From the IMG/VR virus record IMGVR_UViG_3300032562_000003, positions 186,001 through 250,000 of that record: DNA of 64,000 bases; one strand, 5' to 3'. Positions 36,735-45,671 of the stretch are shown piece after piece (positions within the stretch are counted from its first letter, which is position 1; each line of letters opens with the position of its first letter). Position numbers and translations under genes: made by a program. The notes beneath the pieces are model-generated. The model saw nothing but the letters and a program-made list of their open reading frames with translations, searched no databases and had not been told where the DNA came from.

Positions 36735-37715
36735 ATGGCTAGTCTAGCAGAAATCCGTGCGCGGTTAACGGCACAAGAAAATCGCAGTCAGACCAAGGCT
36801 TCTGGCACTCAATCAGATAACGCAATCTATCCTTTCTGGAATATTGACGAAGGAGCAACTGCTTCTATTCGTCTGTTGCCAGACGGCAATCCTACTAACG
36901 AATTCTTTTGGGTAGAACGTCAAGTTATCAAGCTTCCGTTCAATGGCGTTAAGGGTGATTCCAACATGAAGCAAGTTACTGTACAAGTTCCTTGCGTCGA
37001 GATGTATGGCGATAATTGCCCGGTTCTCGCAGAAGTTCGTCCGTGGTACAAAGACGACACTCTTAAGGACCTTGCTAACAAGTATTGGAAGAAGCGTTCA
37101 TATCTTTATCAAGGCTTTGTTCGCCAAAATCCACTAGGTGATGATCAAACTCCAGCGAACCCAATTCGTCGCTTCATCATCTCCCCGCAAATTCAGACTA
37201 TTATCAAGGCATCTTTGATGGATCCGGAACTTGATGAATTGCCAACCGACTACGTTCACGGTCTTGACTTCAACATCAAGAAGACTTCTAAGGGCGGTTA
37301 TGCAGACTATTCAACTTCCACTTGGTCTCGTAAGGAGTCACCGCTTACGGAAGCCGAGCAAGCAGCGATTGATTCGTTTGGGTTGTACAATCTCGCTGAC
37401 TTCTTGCCAAAGAAGCCAAGCGAAGCCGAACTTCGGGTCATTAAGGAGATGTTTGAAGCATCAGTTGATGGACGCCCGTATGACACTGATAAGTGGGGCG
37501 CATATTATCGTCCGTATGGCATTGAAGCTCCGTCCAGCACCGCACAAGCACAAACTGCTTCTGCTGCACCTAGTGCACCGACTACGGTAGCATCTGCGCC
37601 AATCGATGAGCCTCCTTTCGAAGTAGATCAACCAATCGTTGTTCCTACTGCACCAACGAGCGATAAGGCACAGGACATTCTAAAGATGATCCGCGAAAGA
37701 CAGAATAAGGCCTAA
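36735..37715 (+). CDS. single-stranded DNA-binding protein (T4 gp32-like)
   Basis: RLLPDGN, CVEMYGDNCPV, YWKKRSY, G.DF.IKKT, YADYSTS; AAGGAG SD. Confidence 0.88.
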   Translation: MASLAEIRARLTAQENRSQTKASGTQSDNAIYPFWNIDEGATASIRLLPDGNPTNEFFWVERQVIKLPFNGVKGDSNMKQVTVQVPCVEMYGDNCPVLAEVRPWYKDDTLKDLANKYWKKRSYLYQGFVRQNPLGDDQTPANPIRRFIISPQIQTIIKASLMDPELDELPTDYVHGLDFNIKKTSKGGYADYSTSTWSRKESPLTEAEQAAIDSFGLYNLADFLPKKPSEAELRVIKEMFEASVDGRPYDTDKWGAYYRPYGIEAPSSTAQAQTASAAPSAPTTVASAPIDEPPFEVDQPIVVPTAPTSDKAQDILKMIRERQNKA

Positions 37716-37720
37716 TTAGG

Positions 37721-37750
37721 TTTGGGGAGGAGAAATCCTCCCCAAAATTC
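37721..37750 (+). terminator. GAAA-tetraloop hairpin/terminator
   Basis: TTTGGGGAGGA-GAAA-TCCTCCCCAAA after gp32 stop; weak T-tail. Confidence 0.65.
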
Positions 37751-37767
37751 TGGCTAAGGAGAATACC

Positions 37768-37998
37768 ATGACCAATTCAGATGATAGATACCGTGCAATA
37801 AAGCAAGGTAAAAAACTGTTGGAGGAACTGTGTGATCCAGGCAAAACTCCAAGAGTTCCGAGTATAGTAAGAGACCGGGCGCGGAGCGTACTAAGACATT
37901 TTCCGAATGACTATGAATTAGACCAAATCGCAGTGAATAGTCCCGAATTACTCGAAAAATTATCAGTTAATGATAAGATGAAACAGATTGTAAGATAG
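37768..37998 (+). CDS. small conserved hypothetical protein
   Basis: GGAG SD; DDRYRAI...LRHFP. Confidence 0.7.
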   Translation: MTNSDDRYRAIKQGKKLLEELCDPGKTPRVPSIVRDRARSVLRHFPNDYELDQIAVNSPELLEKLSVNDKMKQIVR

Positions 37999-38007
37999 GA
38001 TATATAC

Positions 38008-39081
38008 TTGACAACTAAACCTTTCGACCTCAGCAAGTTCCGTAAAGACATTACTAAGGCCATCGATGGTCTCAGCATTGGATTTAATGATCCCACTGAT
38101 TGGATCAGCACAGGAAACTATGCACTTAACTACCGCATCAGCAGCGAATTTGACAAGGGAATTCCTCTTGGAAAAGTAACCGTATTTGCTGGTGAATCAG
38201 GAGCCGGCAAATCATATATTTGTTCCGGAAATATTGTACGACATGCCCAAGAACAGGGCATTTACGTAGTTCTAATTGATAGCGAAAACGCACTAGACGA
38301 ATCATGGCTACAGGCACTTGGTGTAGACACTAGTGCAGAAAAGCTACTAAAGCTTAATATGGCAATGATTGATGATGTTGCAAAGACGATCAGCGAGTTC
38401 ATGAAGGGCTATAAGGGAATGAGCGAAACGGATCGCCCTAAGGTTCTTTTCGTTATCGACTCACTTGGTATGTTGCTTACTCCTACTGATGTAAATCAGT
38501 TTGAGGCAGGCGATATGAAGGGTGATATGGGTCGTAAGCCTAAGGCTCTTACATCTTTGGTACGTAATTGTGTTAACATGTTCGGTTCATGTAATGTAGG
38601 ATTAGTGGCCACAAATCACACATATGCATCACAAGATATGTTTGATCCTGATGACAAGATTTCAGGTGGACAAGGCTTTATCTATGCGTCTTCTATCGTA
38701 GTTGCGATGAAGAAGCTAAAGCTTAAAGAGGACGAGGACGGAAACAAGATTTCACAAGTGCGTGGCATTCGTGCAGCTTGTAAGGTCATGAAAACTCGTT
38801 ATGCAAAGCCTTTTGAAAACGTACAAGTTAAGATTCCGTATGACACAGGAATGAGTCCGTATTCGGGATTAACTGAGATGTTTGAAGGTATGGAGATTTT
38901 CAAGAAAGAAGGAAACTCTCTCGTCTACACTAAGCTTGACGGGTCTATCATTAAGAAGTTCCGAAAGGGATGGGAACGAAATGATGACGGTTGCCTAGAT
39001 ACTGTTATGGAAGAATTCCACAAAAGGGCAGATACTGCACTAAGTACTGTCGCTAGCGAGGAAGAGGAAGTAGCAGAATGA
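38008..39081 (+). CDS. uvsX: RecA/UvsX recombinase
   Basis: AGESGAGKS, LIDSENALD, VIDSLG, NHTY, SGGQGFIYASS; TTG start. Confidence 0.93.
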   Translation: MTTKPFDLSKFRKDITKAIDGLSIGFNDPTDWISTGNYALNYRISSEFDKGIPLGKVTVFAGESGAGKSYICSGNIVRHAQEQGIYVVLIDSENALDESWLQALGVDTSAEKLLKLNMAMIDDVAKTISEFMKGYKGMSETDRPKVLFVIDSLGMLLTPTDVNQFEAGDMKGDMGRKPKALTSLVRNCVNMFGSCNVGLVATNHTYASQDMFDPDDKISGGQGFIYASSIVVAMKKLKLKEDEDGNKISQVRGIRAACKVMKTRYAKPFENVQVKIPYDTGMSPYSGLTEMFEGMEIFKKEGNSLVYTKLDGSIIKKFRKGWERNDDGCLDTVMEEFHKRADTALSTVASEEEEVAE

Positions 39082-39359
39082 GCAACTTAAGTTTGGTTAA
39101 TGAAATTTGGAAGGTACTTAGACCTAATATTGAAGCAGGTGACATTAGTACTGCCGCAGAAGTGTTGGTCAATTATCTAGTTGATGAAGACTACTCTCCT
39201 AATGAAATTAAGCAAGCATTTCGAGGAGACTCGGACATTAAGGATGCACTGTCTTTCTATCTAGAAACCCCAGAAGATGGCTTATATCATCAAGTTAAAG
39301 AAGAATTATTTTACGATGAGTACTATGACGATGAAGATGGGTATGACGAGGACTACTGA
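39078..39359 (+). CDS. hypothetical protein (acidic C-terminus)
   Basis: coupled ORF. Confidence 0.7.
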   Translation: MSNLSLVNEIWKVLRPNIEAGDISTAAEVLVNYLVDEDYSPNEIKQAFRGDSDIKDALSFYLETPEDGLYHQVKEELFYDEYYDDEDGYDEDY

Positions 39360-39817
39360 TGTCCTGGTATAGCCGAATTACCGGCGATCTATCCGTTCTC
39401 CCTGACTTCATCTCTCATTACGAGAATGAGCTAGTCTCTGCCAAACAAGATGTTAAGGTGTATGGCAATGTAGAGAAAAACATTGCCGCACTTCCTGGAA
39501 TAACTGAGTACCGTTTCAACCAACTCCAAGAAATCGAAGCGGTACTCAATTTTCTAAACATCCAGCTTCGCAAGATTCGTAGAAAACACTTTCAAAAATA
39601 TCTTGAAGGTTATGCTCGTGCGTTAACGTCACGGGACGCAGAGAAGTATGTTGACGGTGAACAAGAAGTCATCGATTTTGAAGTTCTCATAAATGAAGTT
39701 GCACTACTTCGCAACAAATGGTTGGGCGTGCTTAAAGCAATCGAATCTAAAAACTTCATGCTGGGTCATGTGGTGCGTCTACGTACCGCAGGCATGGAAG
39801 ACATTAGCATTGGGTAA
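39359..39817 (+). CDS. uvsY: recombination mediator UvsY-like
   Basis: helical ~150 aa, LTSRDAEKYVDGE, position after uvsX. Confidence 0.7.
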   Translation: MSWYSRITGDLSVLPDFISHYENELVSAKQDVKVYGNVEKNIAALPGITEYRFNQLQEIEAVLNFLNIQLRKIRRKHFQKYLEGYARALTSRDAEKYVDGEQEVIDFEVLINEVALLRNKWLGVLKAIESKNFMLGHVVRLRTAGMEDISIG

Positions 39818-39878
39818 CAAGTTTATTGTATTAATGTAACAAGTATTCTATTATAAGAATAATAAGGAAATCAAAAAG

Positions 39879-40634
39879 ATGCACCCAGCATTCACTTCTC
39901 TAGATGATACTAACGAAGATGATGACTTCTTCGCTTCGTTAACCGCAACTACACAAGCAAAGCAATCTGCGGAAATGTTTACTACAAAAGAAGACGTTTT
40001 GGTTCTTAGTTGTGTATTGTATAGATTAAAAACAACCGCTACCACTGAAGAAGACAAAAATTATTGGAACGCATTTGGTCTACTTTCTGTACCCACAGAC
40101 AAAATTACACAAGACGATAGAATACTAGCAGACCACGTTCGTTCTTATTTTAATAGTAAGTTAGTATTGGCTAGAATACGAGGTGAATCTCTATCTAAGT
40201 ACAGAACTGATCTATCTAAATTTTTAAATACAGCTTATTCTATCGCTGACGGATACATGTATCCTATTAACTTTGCCGGATTGATATACAAGCTTCCTTA
40301 CTTTCATGAATATGATCAGGGTTTGTATGAAGTATTTGGCGGCGACTATTACAATCTTCGTGGACCTGGTAATCGATTAAGTGGCAACAAAACTCTGACA
40401 TTTATCAAGCGATTGGATCCTCATCGTAGACTGCTTGCGGTTGAAGATTTTTGGTTTTCGGACGAACACGGTAACCGAATATTGCTAACGATTGACAAGA
40501 AGAATCCACTCACTCCATTGTTCGAAACTGTTCTTAATCATAAGGTCAAGATTGAGGCAAATTATGATCCTCGTCATAAGGACACCCTCAATTTTTATCA
40601 AGCTAACTCTTGGAAATTCGTTTCGGTCGATTAA
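39879..40634 (+). CDS. hypothetical protein
   Basis: 251-aa ORF with AAGGA SD. Confidence 0.7.
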   Translation: MHPAFTSLDDTNEDDDFFASLTATTQAKQSAEMFTTKEDVLVLSCVLYRLKTTATTEEDKNYWNAFGLLSVPTDKITQDDRILADHVRSYFNSKLVLARIRGESLSKYRTDLSKFLNTAYSIADGYMYPINFAGLIYKLPYFHEYDQGLYEVFGGDYYNLRGPGNRLSGNKTLTFIKRLDPHRRLLAVEDFWFSDEHGNRILLTIDKKNPLTPLFETVLNHKVKIEANYDPRHKDTLNFYQANSWKFVSVD

Positions 40635-40640
40635 TTTTGG

Positions 40641-40669
40641 TTGACACCGCATAACTCTGTTGCTATGAT
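40641..40669 (+). promoter_or_regulatory. sigma70-type early promoter
   Basis: TTGACA-17 nt-TATGAT. Confidence 0.7.
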
Positions 40670-40694
40670 TTAAAGATAGCAAAGGAGCTACGAC

Positions 40695-40901
40695 ATGGGC
40701 TACAAGAATCTTCCTGAACGTGATGCTAAATGGCAACCGCGTAAGGGCCTTGAAGGTCCGTTCGTGTATCCTAATGGTCGGGTGATCTACTACGATCCTA
40801 AGGAAGGTGCTTATTGGGATCCGACGACTGATTTTTATCTGTCATATGAGGAATCGTCCTCGCTACAAAATTCTGTCTTTGACATTATTCGTGGAAAATA
40901 A
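40695..40901 (+). CDS. small hypothetical protein
   Basis: AAGGAG SD; GLEGPF...YYDPKEGAYWDP. Confidence 0.75.
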   Translation: MGYKNLPERDAKWQPRKGLEGPFVYPNGRVIYYDPKEGAYWDPTTDFYLSYEESSSLQNSVFDIIRGK

Positions 40902-40902
40902 A

Positions 40903-41058
40903 ATGACGTTCGAAGAATGGTGGCAACAGGTACACCTGCCGAGTTATGCGTATTCAAACATTACCGATGAAGAATTAGATGCTGCGCAATCGGCAGCACG
41001 ATCTGCATGGGAAGCCGCATATGATTTTGGTTATGATCAAGGCCGAATAAATAATTGA
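40903..41058 (+). CDS. small hypothetical protein
   Basis: MTFEEWW...AWEAA; start moved to ATG 40903. Confidence 0.6.
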   Translation: MTFEEWWQQVHLPSYAYSNITDEELDAAQSAARSAWEAAYDFGYDQGRINN

Positions 41059-41093
41059 GCACGATCAATGGTGCATGAAAGGGTTGATTTAAA

Positions 41094-42299
41094 GTGAATT
41101 ACGAATTCCCTGTAATTAAGAATATCTCAGAGGTGCTTCCTGCGATTAAGGATGCTCCTGAGTTCGTTGTGGCTGAGCGTGACGGCTATACCGTCATCAA
41201 CTACAACGTAATGATGTCAGATACCTTTCCCACCATTAACGTCGCTGGCGGTTCTGCTAAGATGCGTGCAGAACGCTCTTTGCACAATATGCTGCGGCGT
41301 GAGTGTCGCGGTATCATCTTCTGTTCGAAGACCGGAGACCTTCTGCGGCGTCCCCTGCATAAATTTTTCAATGTCAACGAAAGAGAAGAAACCCAAGACC
41401 ATGTTTTGGATCTGTCTCGTCCGCACGTTATTCTTGAAAAGCTTGACGGCTCTATGCTAGTTCCTTTCATGCTCAACGACGAAGTTCGTTGGGGTACTAA
41501 GATGGGTCTGACTGACGTTGCTGCTCCTGTTGAGGAATTCGTTAAAAATAATCCTAAGTACGAGGAATTCGCTCGCGTTTATCTAACTCAATCTTTCATC
41601 ACCCCTATCTTTGAATGGTGTTCGCGTAAGCAACGCATCGTCATCGATTACGGGAGCAAAGATCACTTAGTCCTTATCGCTCTCCGTTTTAATGACACAG
41701 GTGAGTATGTTAAGTATGATAAAATGACCTTTATTGCTAAGAACTGGAATCTCCCAGTCGTAAAGGCTTTCGAGCCTGCTACGGATATGAATGAATTTAT
41801 GGCTTATGTTGCTGGTCTGAAAGATATGGAAGGCTTTGTGATTCGTTTCGATGACGGTCACATGGTTAAGGCTAAGTGTGACTGGTACGTTCAAATTCAT
41901 AAGGCTAAGGAAGCCATTCTGCAAGATCGTAATATCGTGGAAATGATCCTGAGCAACACCCTCGATGATGTTAAGGCTCATCTTCTTACTGAAGATCGAG
42001 TTCGCCTGGAAGAATTTGAGGATAAGGTTGTCACTCGCATCAAGTATCTGGCTCGTGAACTGCATGACAATGTGGCTCATATTCGTGCCCGAAACGTTGA
42101 TCGTAAGAACTTTGCGCTGAACGAATCTCAAAATTTTGATTCGCTCATGAAAGCAGCGATCTTCTCGCTGTTTGACTGTTGTACTATTGAGTCTGCCCAG
42201 GAACATATTACTAAAACTGTGGCTATCAAACTGTCGAGCAACAAGAGCTATGACCTGATTAAGGACGTTTGGTTTAAAGGAATTAAACATAATGACTAA
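41094..42299 (+). CDS. rnlA: RNA ligase (T4 Rnl1-like)
   Basis: RECRG, PLHKFFN, motif I EKLDGS, FEW, EGFVI, KAKCDWY. Confidence 0.9.
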   Translation: MNYEFPVIKNISEVLPAIKDAPEFVVAERDGYTVINYNVMMSDTFPTINVAGGSAKMRAERSLHNMLRRECRGIIFCSKTGDLLRRPLHKFFNVNEREETQDHVLDLSRPHVILEKLDGSMLVPFMLNDEVRWGTKMGLTDVAAPVEEFVKNNPKYEEFARVYLTQSFITPIFEWCSRKQRIVIDYGSKDHLVLIALRFNDTGEYVKYDKMTFIAKNWNLPVVKAFEPATDMNEFMAYVAGLKDMEGFVIRFDDGHMVKAKCDWYVQIHKAKEAILQDRNIVEMILSNTLDDVKAHLLTEDRVRLEEFEDKVVTRIKYLARELHDNVAHIRARNVDRKNFALNESQNFDSLMKAAIFSLFDCCTIESAQEHITKTVAIKLSSNKSYDLIKDVWFKGIKHND

Positions 42300-42574
42300 G
42301 CAATATCGACTAAGAGAAATATTCAATTACAATACCACTGGACCTACATACTTTGTTGTAGAAGAAAAGAAGCTTTTTGTCTGGAAGAATGTATATGGTG
42401 ACGCTTGTTCTTTATCTGTATTGTGGCCGCGATTCCTTTCCGTATGATGAAGCCAAACAAAGGCTAGAAAATTGTATCGAACAAGCAGCACTAGACGAAG
42501 AAGCCAGTAACCGGTATAAGGCATTTAAGCCTCGTATTCTGACTCCGCCTCTACCGGACAAGGAACCGGAATAA
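42292..42574 (+). CDS. small hypothetical protein, possibly frame-broken (42292..42447 and +1 frame to 42574)
   Basis: ATG 42292 ORF of 51 aa overlaps +1 frame ending PPLPDKEPE. Confidence 0.4.
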
Positions 42575-42580
42575 TTTTGG

Positions 42581-42609
42581 TTGATACCTTGCGTCATTCA
42601 GTGCATAAT
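42581..42609 (+). promoter_or_regulatory. sigma70-type early promoter
   Basis: TTGATA-17 nt-CATAAT, preceded by AATTTTGG as at 40633. Confidence 0.6.
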
Positions 42610-42634
42610 GCACTTTGTAATGAAGGATAAATAC

Positions 42635-43102
42635 ATGCCTAAGTGTAACATTCTCGTCGGTCTTCCCGCTAGTGGCAAGAGCACCTTTTTGGAAAAGGTG
42701 CAGGCTCGTAATGTCGCGTCTTCGGACAATATCATCGACCAAATTGCTAAGGAACGAGGTTCCACGTACAACGAGGTCTTTGCTGACGCTATGAGCATCG
42801 CTGATGCCCAGTTTTGGAAGCAAATCAAAGCGTACTGCGAAGCCGGTGAGGACTTTGATGTTGATCGTACTAACATGTCGGTCAAGAGCCGTAAGCGCAT
42901 CATTGACATTCTCAAGCCCTATGGCTACACTATCGACGCTATCGTGTTTGAGAAGCCCGACGACGCTGAATGGAATCGCCGCCTGAATTCTCGTATCGGT
43001 AAGACTATTCCGAAACACGTTCTGACTCTTATGGAACAGAATTTTGTCATGCCCACTGAGGCCGAAGGATTTTCTGAGATTCGAGTGTACGCTGCGAGTT
43101 GA
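42635..43102 (+). CDS. P-loop kinase (polynucleotide kinase-like, AAA_33)
   Basis: GLPASGKST, SSD, VDRTN, RLNSR.GK.IP; start ATG 42635. Confidence 0.82.
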   Translation: MPKCNILVGLPASGKSTFLEKVQARNVASSDNIIDQIAKERGSTYNEVFADAMSIADAQFWKQIKAYCEAGEDFDVDRTNMSVKSRKRIIDILKPYGYTIDAIVFEKPDDAEWNRRLNSRIGKTIPKHVLTLMEQNFVMPTEAEGFSEIRVYAAS

Positions 43103-43127
43103 CAGCAGCAAAATGTTCTGTTATATT
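43099..43127 (+). promoter_or_regulatory. sigma70-type early promoter
   Basis: TTGACA-17 nt-TATATT. Confidence 0.7.
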
Positions 43128-43158
43128 GAAATATAAAACAATCGACAAAGGATAACGC

Positions 43159-44169
43159 ATGTCTCGAATTTTGATCAAGAGAGGTGAATACCGTAACCAG
43201 CCGGTCGTCAACACTCATTTCACTTTGGTGAAGGGTTTTCAAATCGGAAAAAAGGGCAGCTACGTCACCGTAAAGAATGACGGGCACTTCTCTGTTGCTA
43301 TCGACACCATCAAAATTAAGGTAAATTATATCTCTGACATTGAGTTTGTTGATGGTGAACCAGTAGAAGCCGCTCCGGCGGAAATCGAGACCGACGAACA
43401 GGCGATGGATCGCATTGCTGCTCGATTTAAGATCCTTGACGAAATGTCTGCTGCGTGTATTAACGGTGACATTCGTGCGATGATCGTGTCTGGTCCACCT
43501 GGCGTAGGCAAGTCACACGGTGTTGAAATGCAACTTGAGCGGGCTTCTATGTTCGACAAGATCGCTGGAAATCGCATTAAGCATACTGTGGTTAAGGGTG
43601 CTATGACTGCGCTGGGTCTTTACGCCCAGCTATACAAGTACAGTGACAAGAAAAATGTGCTAGTATTTGATGACTGCGACAGCGTGTTCGGTGATGAATT
43701 GTCACTGAACATTCTGAAGGCGGCGCTGGATTCTGGACGTCATCGAAAGATTTGTTGGAATTCGGATTCTCGTCTGCTTCGTGATGAAGGCATTCCGAAT
43801 TCCTTTAACTTCAACGGGTCTGCTATCTTTATCACTAACCTTAAGTTTGACAGCGTGAAGTCTAAGCGTATGCAAGATCACCTTGAAGCGCTGGAATCTC
43901 GTTGTCACTTCTTGGATCTGACTATCGATTCTCAGCGTGACAAAATGTTGCGCATTCGGCAAGTGGATCGTGATGTTGAAAATGGTCTGTTTGGTAGCTA
44001 CAACTTTGCTGATGATCAAGGCGCCGAGATTTTCAAGTTTATGGAAGATAACGAGTTGAAGCTAAGAGAACTGTCCATTCGAATGGCGCTCAAAATCGCT
44101 GATCTAGTTAAGATTTCTCCCAACAACTGGAAATCTCTTGCGCTGAGCACTTGTACTAAGCGTAATTAA
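43159..44169 (+). CDS. AAA-family ATPase
   Basis: GPPGVGKS, LVFDDCD, FITN, ALESR. Confidence 0.8.
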   Translation: MSRILIKRGEYRNQPVVNTHFTLVKGFQIGKKGSYVTVKNDGHFSVAIDTIKIKVNYISDIEFVDGEPVEAAPAEIETDEQAMDRIAARFKILDEMSAACINGDIRAMIVSGPPGVGKSHGVEMQLERASMFDKIAGNRIKHTVVKGAMTALGLYAQLYKYSDKKNVLVFDDCDSVFGDELSLNILKAALDSGRHRKICWNSDSRLLRDEGIPNSFNFNGSAIFITNLKFDSVKSKRMQDHLEALESRCHFLDLTIDSQRDKMLRIRQVDRDVENGLFGSYNFADDQGAEIFKFMEDNELKLRELSIRMALKIADLVKISPNNWKSLALSTCTKRN

Positions 44170-44192
44170 CAAAAACTGAATTTTAGTGAATT

Positions 44193-44237
44193 AAAATCCC
44201 TTTGCCTTACATTATTTATGCATGACAAAGGGATTTT
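44193..44237. terminator. 12-bp inverted repeat (bidirectional terminator-like)
   Basis: AAAATCCCTTTG / CAAAGGGATTTT with 21-nt loop, T-run downstream. Confidence 0.6.
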
Positions 44238-44241
44238 TTAA

Positions 44242-44575
44242 ATGGCTATACCTCCTCCGCCATACAGCGGTATTAATGGCTTATATGTACAGATTGATAA
44301 GCACGTTGATGACACTAAAGCAAACTACGACGGAAATGCGCGTCCAGGCCAACTAGTAGTCGATACTAGTGATTATTCTTTGTACATAGGTAATTCAAAC
44401 GGTGTTCTAAATTTAGTAACCGGCGGCGGAGGTGGCGGATCCTTCGGTAACCTAACGGCCAGCAATGTCACTATTAATACGATAACTTCAGGTAACCCGA
44501 CAATTGTACGCAACGGGAATGTTCCAGCTATACTATGATCCGACTACTGGCGAAATTGTCTATTATCAAACATAA
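44242..44575 (+). pseudogene. short tail-fibre-like protein with +1 frame break near 44520
   Basis: GQLVVDTSDYSLYIGN and Gly run; +1 frame gives FQLYYDPTTGEIVYYQT* (to 44575). Confidence 0.5.
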
Positions 44576-44625
44576 TAGGTAACCTTAACTATTGCTTTTT
44601 ATCGCAAGTATGTCATAATGCTAAG

Positions 44626-45618
44626 ATGAACTATAAAGAACACCTCCTGCATTTTTTCCTTCAAGGTAAAATAAGCTTAAGTCAATACGACTATAAGTTC
44701 ATGTCGAATCTTCAACAGATGATTCACGCGAACCATAGGATTACGACTAATCAGGTTGAACTGTTCGATAAACTGGTCAGTAAATATCGTAAACAGTTGA
44801 TTAAGACCGAATTTAATGTAGATACACTGAAGTCGTTGCCATGGAAAACTTCAGTTGTACAAAGCACCGAAGAGTATACCAGCGCCAAAGTCAGTTTGGT
44901 AGGCAATGAATTAACTATTAAGCTACCCTTCAACAAAACGTTCATTTCAGAATTCAGAGATATAAAGTACAACACATTCGAATGGAACAAAGATCGAAAA
45001 GTGTACACTGCACCATTCAGCACGACTGCATTGCATGTTGCTGCTACTAAGTTACAGAAATATTTTTCTGTAGTTAGGTTTTGTGATACCTTACAAGCCA
45101 TACTAGATCAACTTAAGCAGTATGAGGCCGCCACAGTTTGGGACCCGACTTTGGTAAAAGTGGGGAATTCATATTTTATTGCAGCGTGCAATCCGATCAT
45201 AGCTGATGTACTCTCTGATGTGGAATTAAATACTGAACCTAAAACTCTGTATACGCTATCTAATGCGGGTGTTAAGGTTGATCCTGCCTTGCTTACAGAA
45301 CCAAAATTGAAGTTTGCACATGAATATTCTACGCAAGTGGACTTATGTGATCTTACGTCGCTCATATCTTGGTTACAAGAGTTAGATTGTAAAAATGTAA
45401 TTTTGGGTAGAGGAATCACATTAAATAAGCAGGTATATAATGAGTTGACACTCAAGTTAAATGAGGCAAACATCTACTATAGGTCCTTGCAAGGTGCAAC
45501 CTTAACCAAAGCAGACGTGCTAATTCAACCAACCTCAACATTAACGATAGATCGCGGCTTTAGAGATTTAGGTAAAATAGTAACCCTATCAAATTCAAAT
45601 CCAGTAGTAGTTAAATAA
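44626..45618 (+). CDS. conserved hypothetical protein upstream of UvsW
   Basis: 330-aa ORF. Confidence 0.7.
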   Translation: MNYKEHLLHFFLQGKISLSQYDYKFMSNLQQMIHANHRITTNQVELFDKLVSKYRKQLIKTEFNVDTLKSLPWKTSVVQSTEEYTSAKVSLVGNELTIKLPFNKTFISEFRDIKYNTFEWNKDRKVYTAPFSTTALHVAATKLQKYFSVVRFCDTLQAILDQLKQYEAATVWDPTLVKVGNSYFIAACNPIIADVLSDVELNTEPKTLYTLSNAGVKVDPALLTEPKLKFAHEYSTQVDLCDLTSLISWLQELDCKNVILGRGITLNKQVYNELTLKLNEANIYYRSLQGATLTKADVLIQPTSTLTIDRGFRDLGKIVTLSNSNPVVVK

Positions 45619-45671
45619 CGAAATCTCATTATCAACAGGCTATGGAGAAGGAAAGACCCAAGGAATAAACA

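Noticed and set aside
41667-44019. Minus-strand ORFs over RNA ligase, kinase and ATPase genes
   Set aside because: Same antisense artefact; plus-strand genes carry clear motifs
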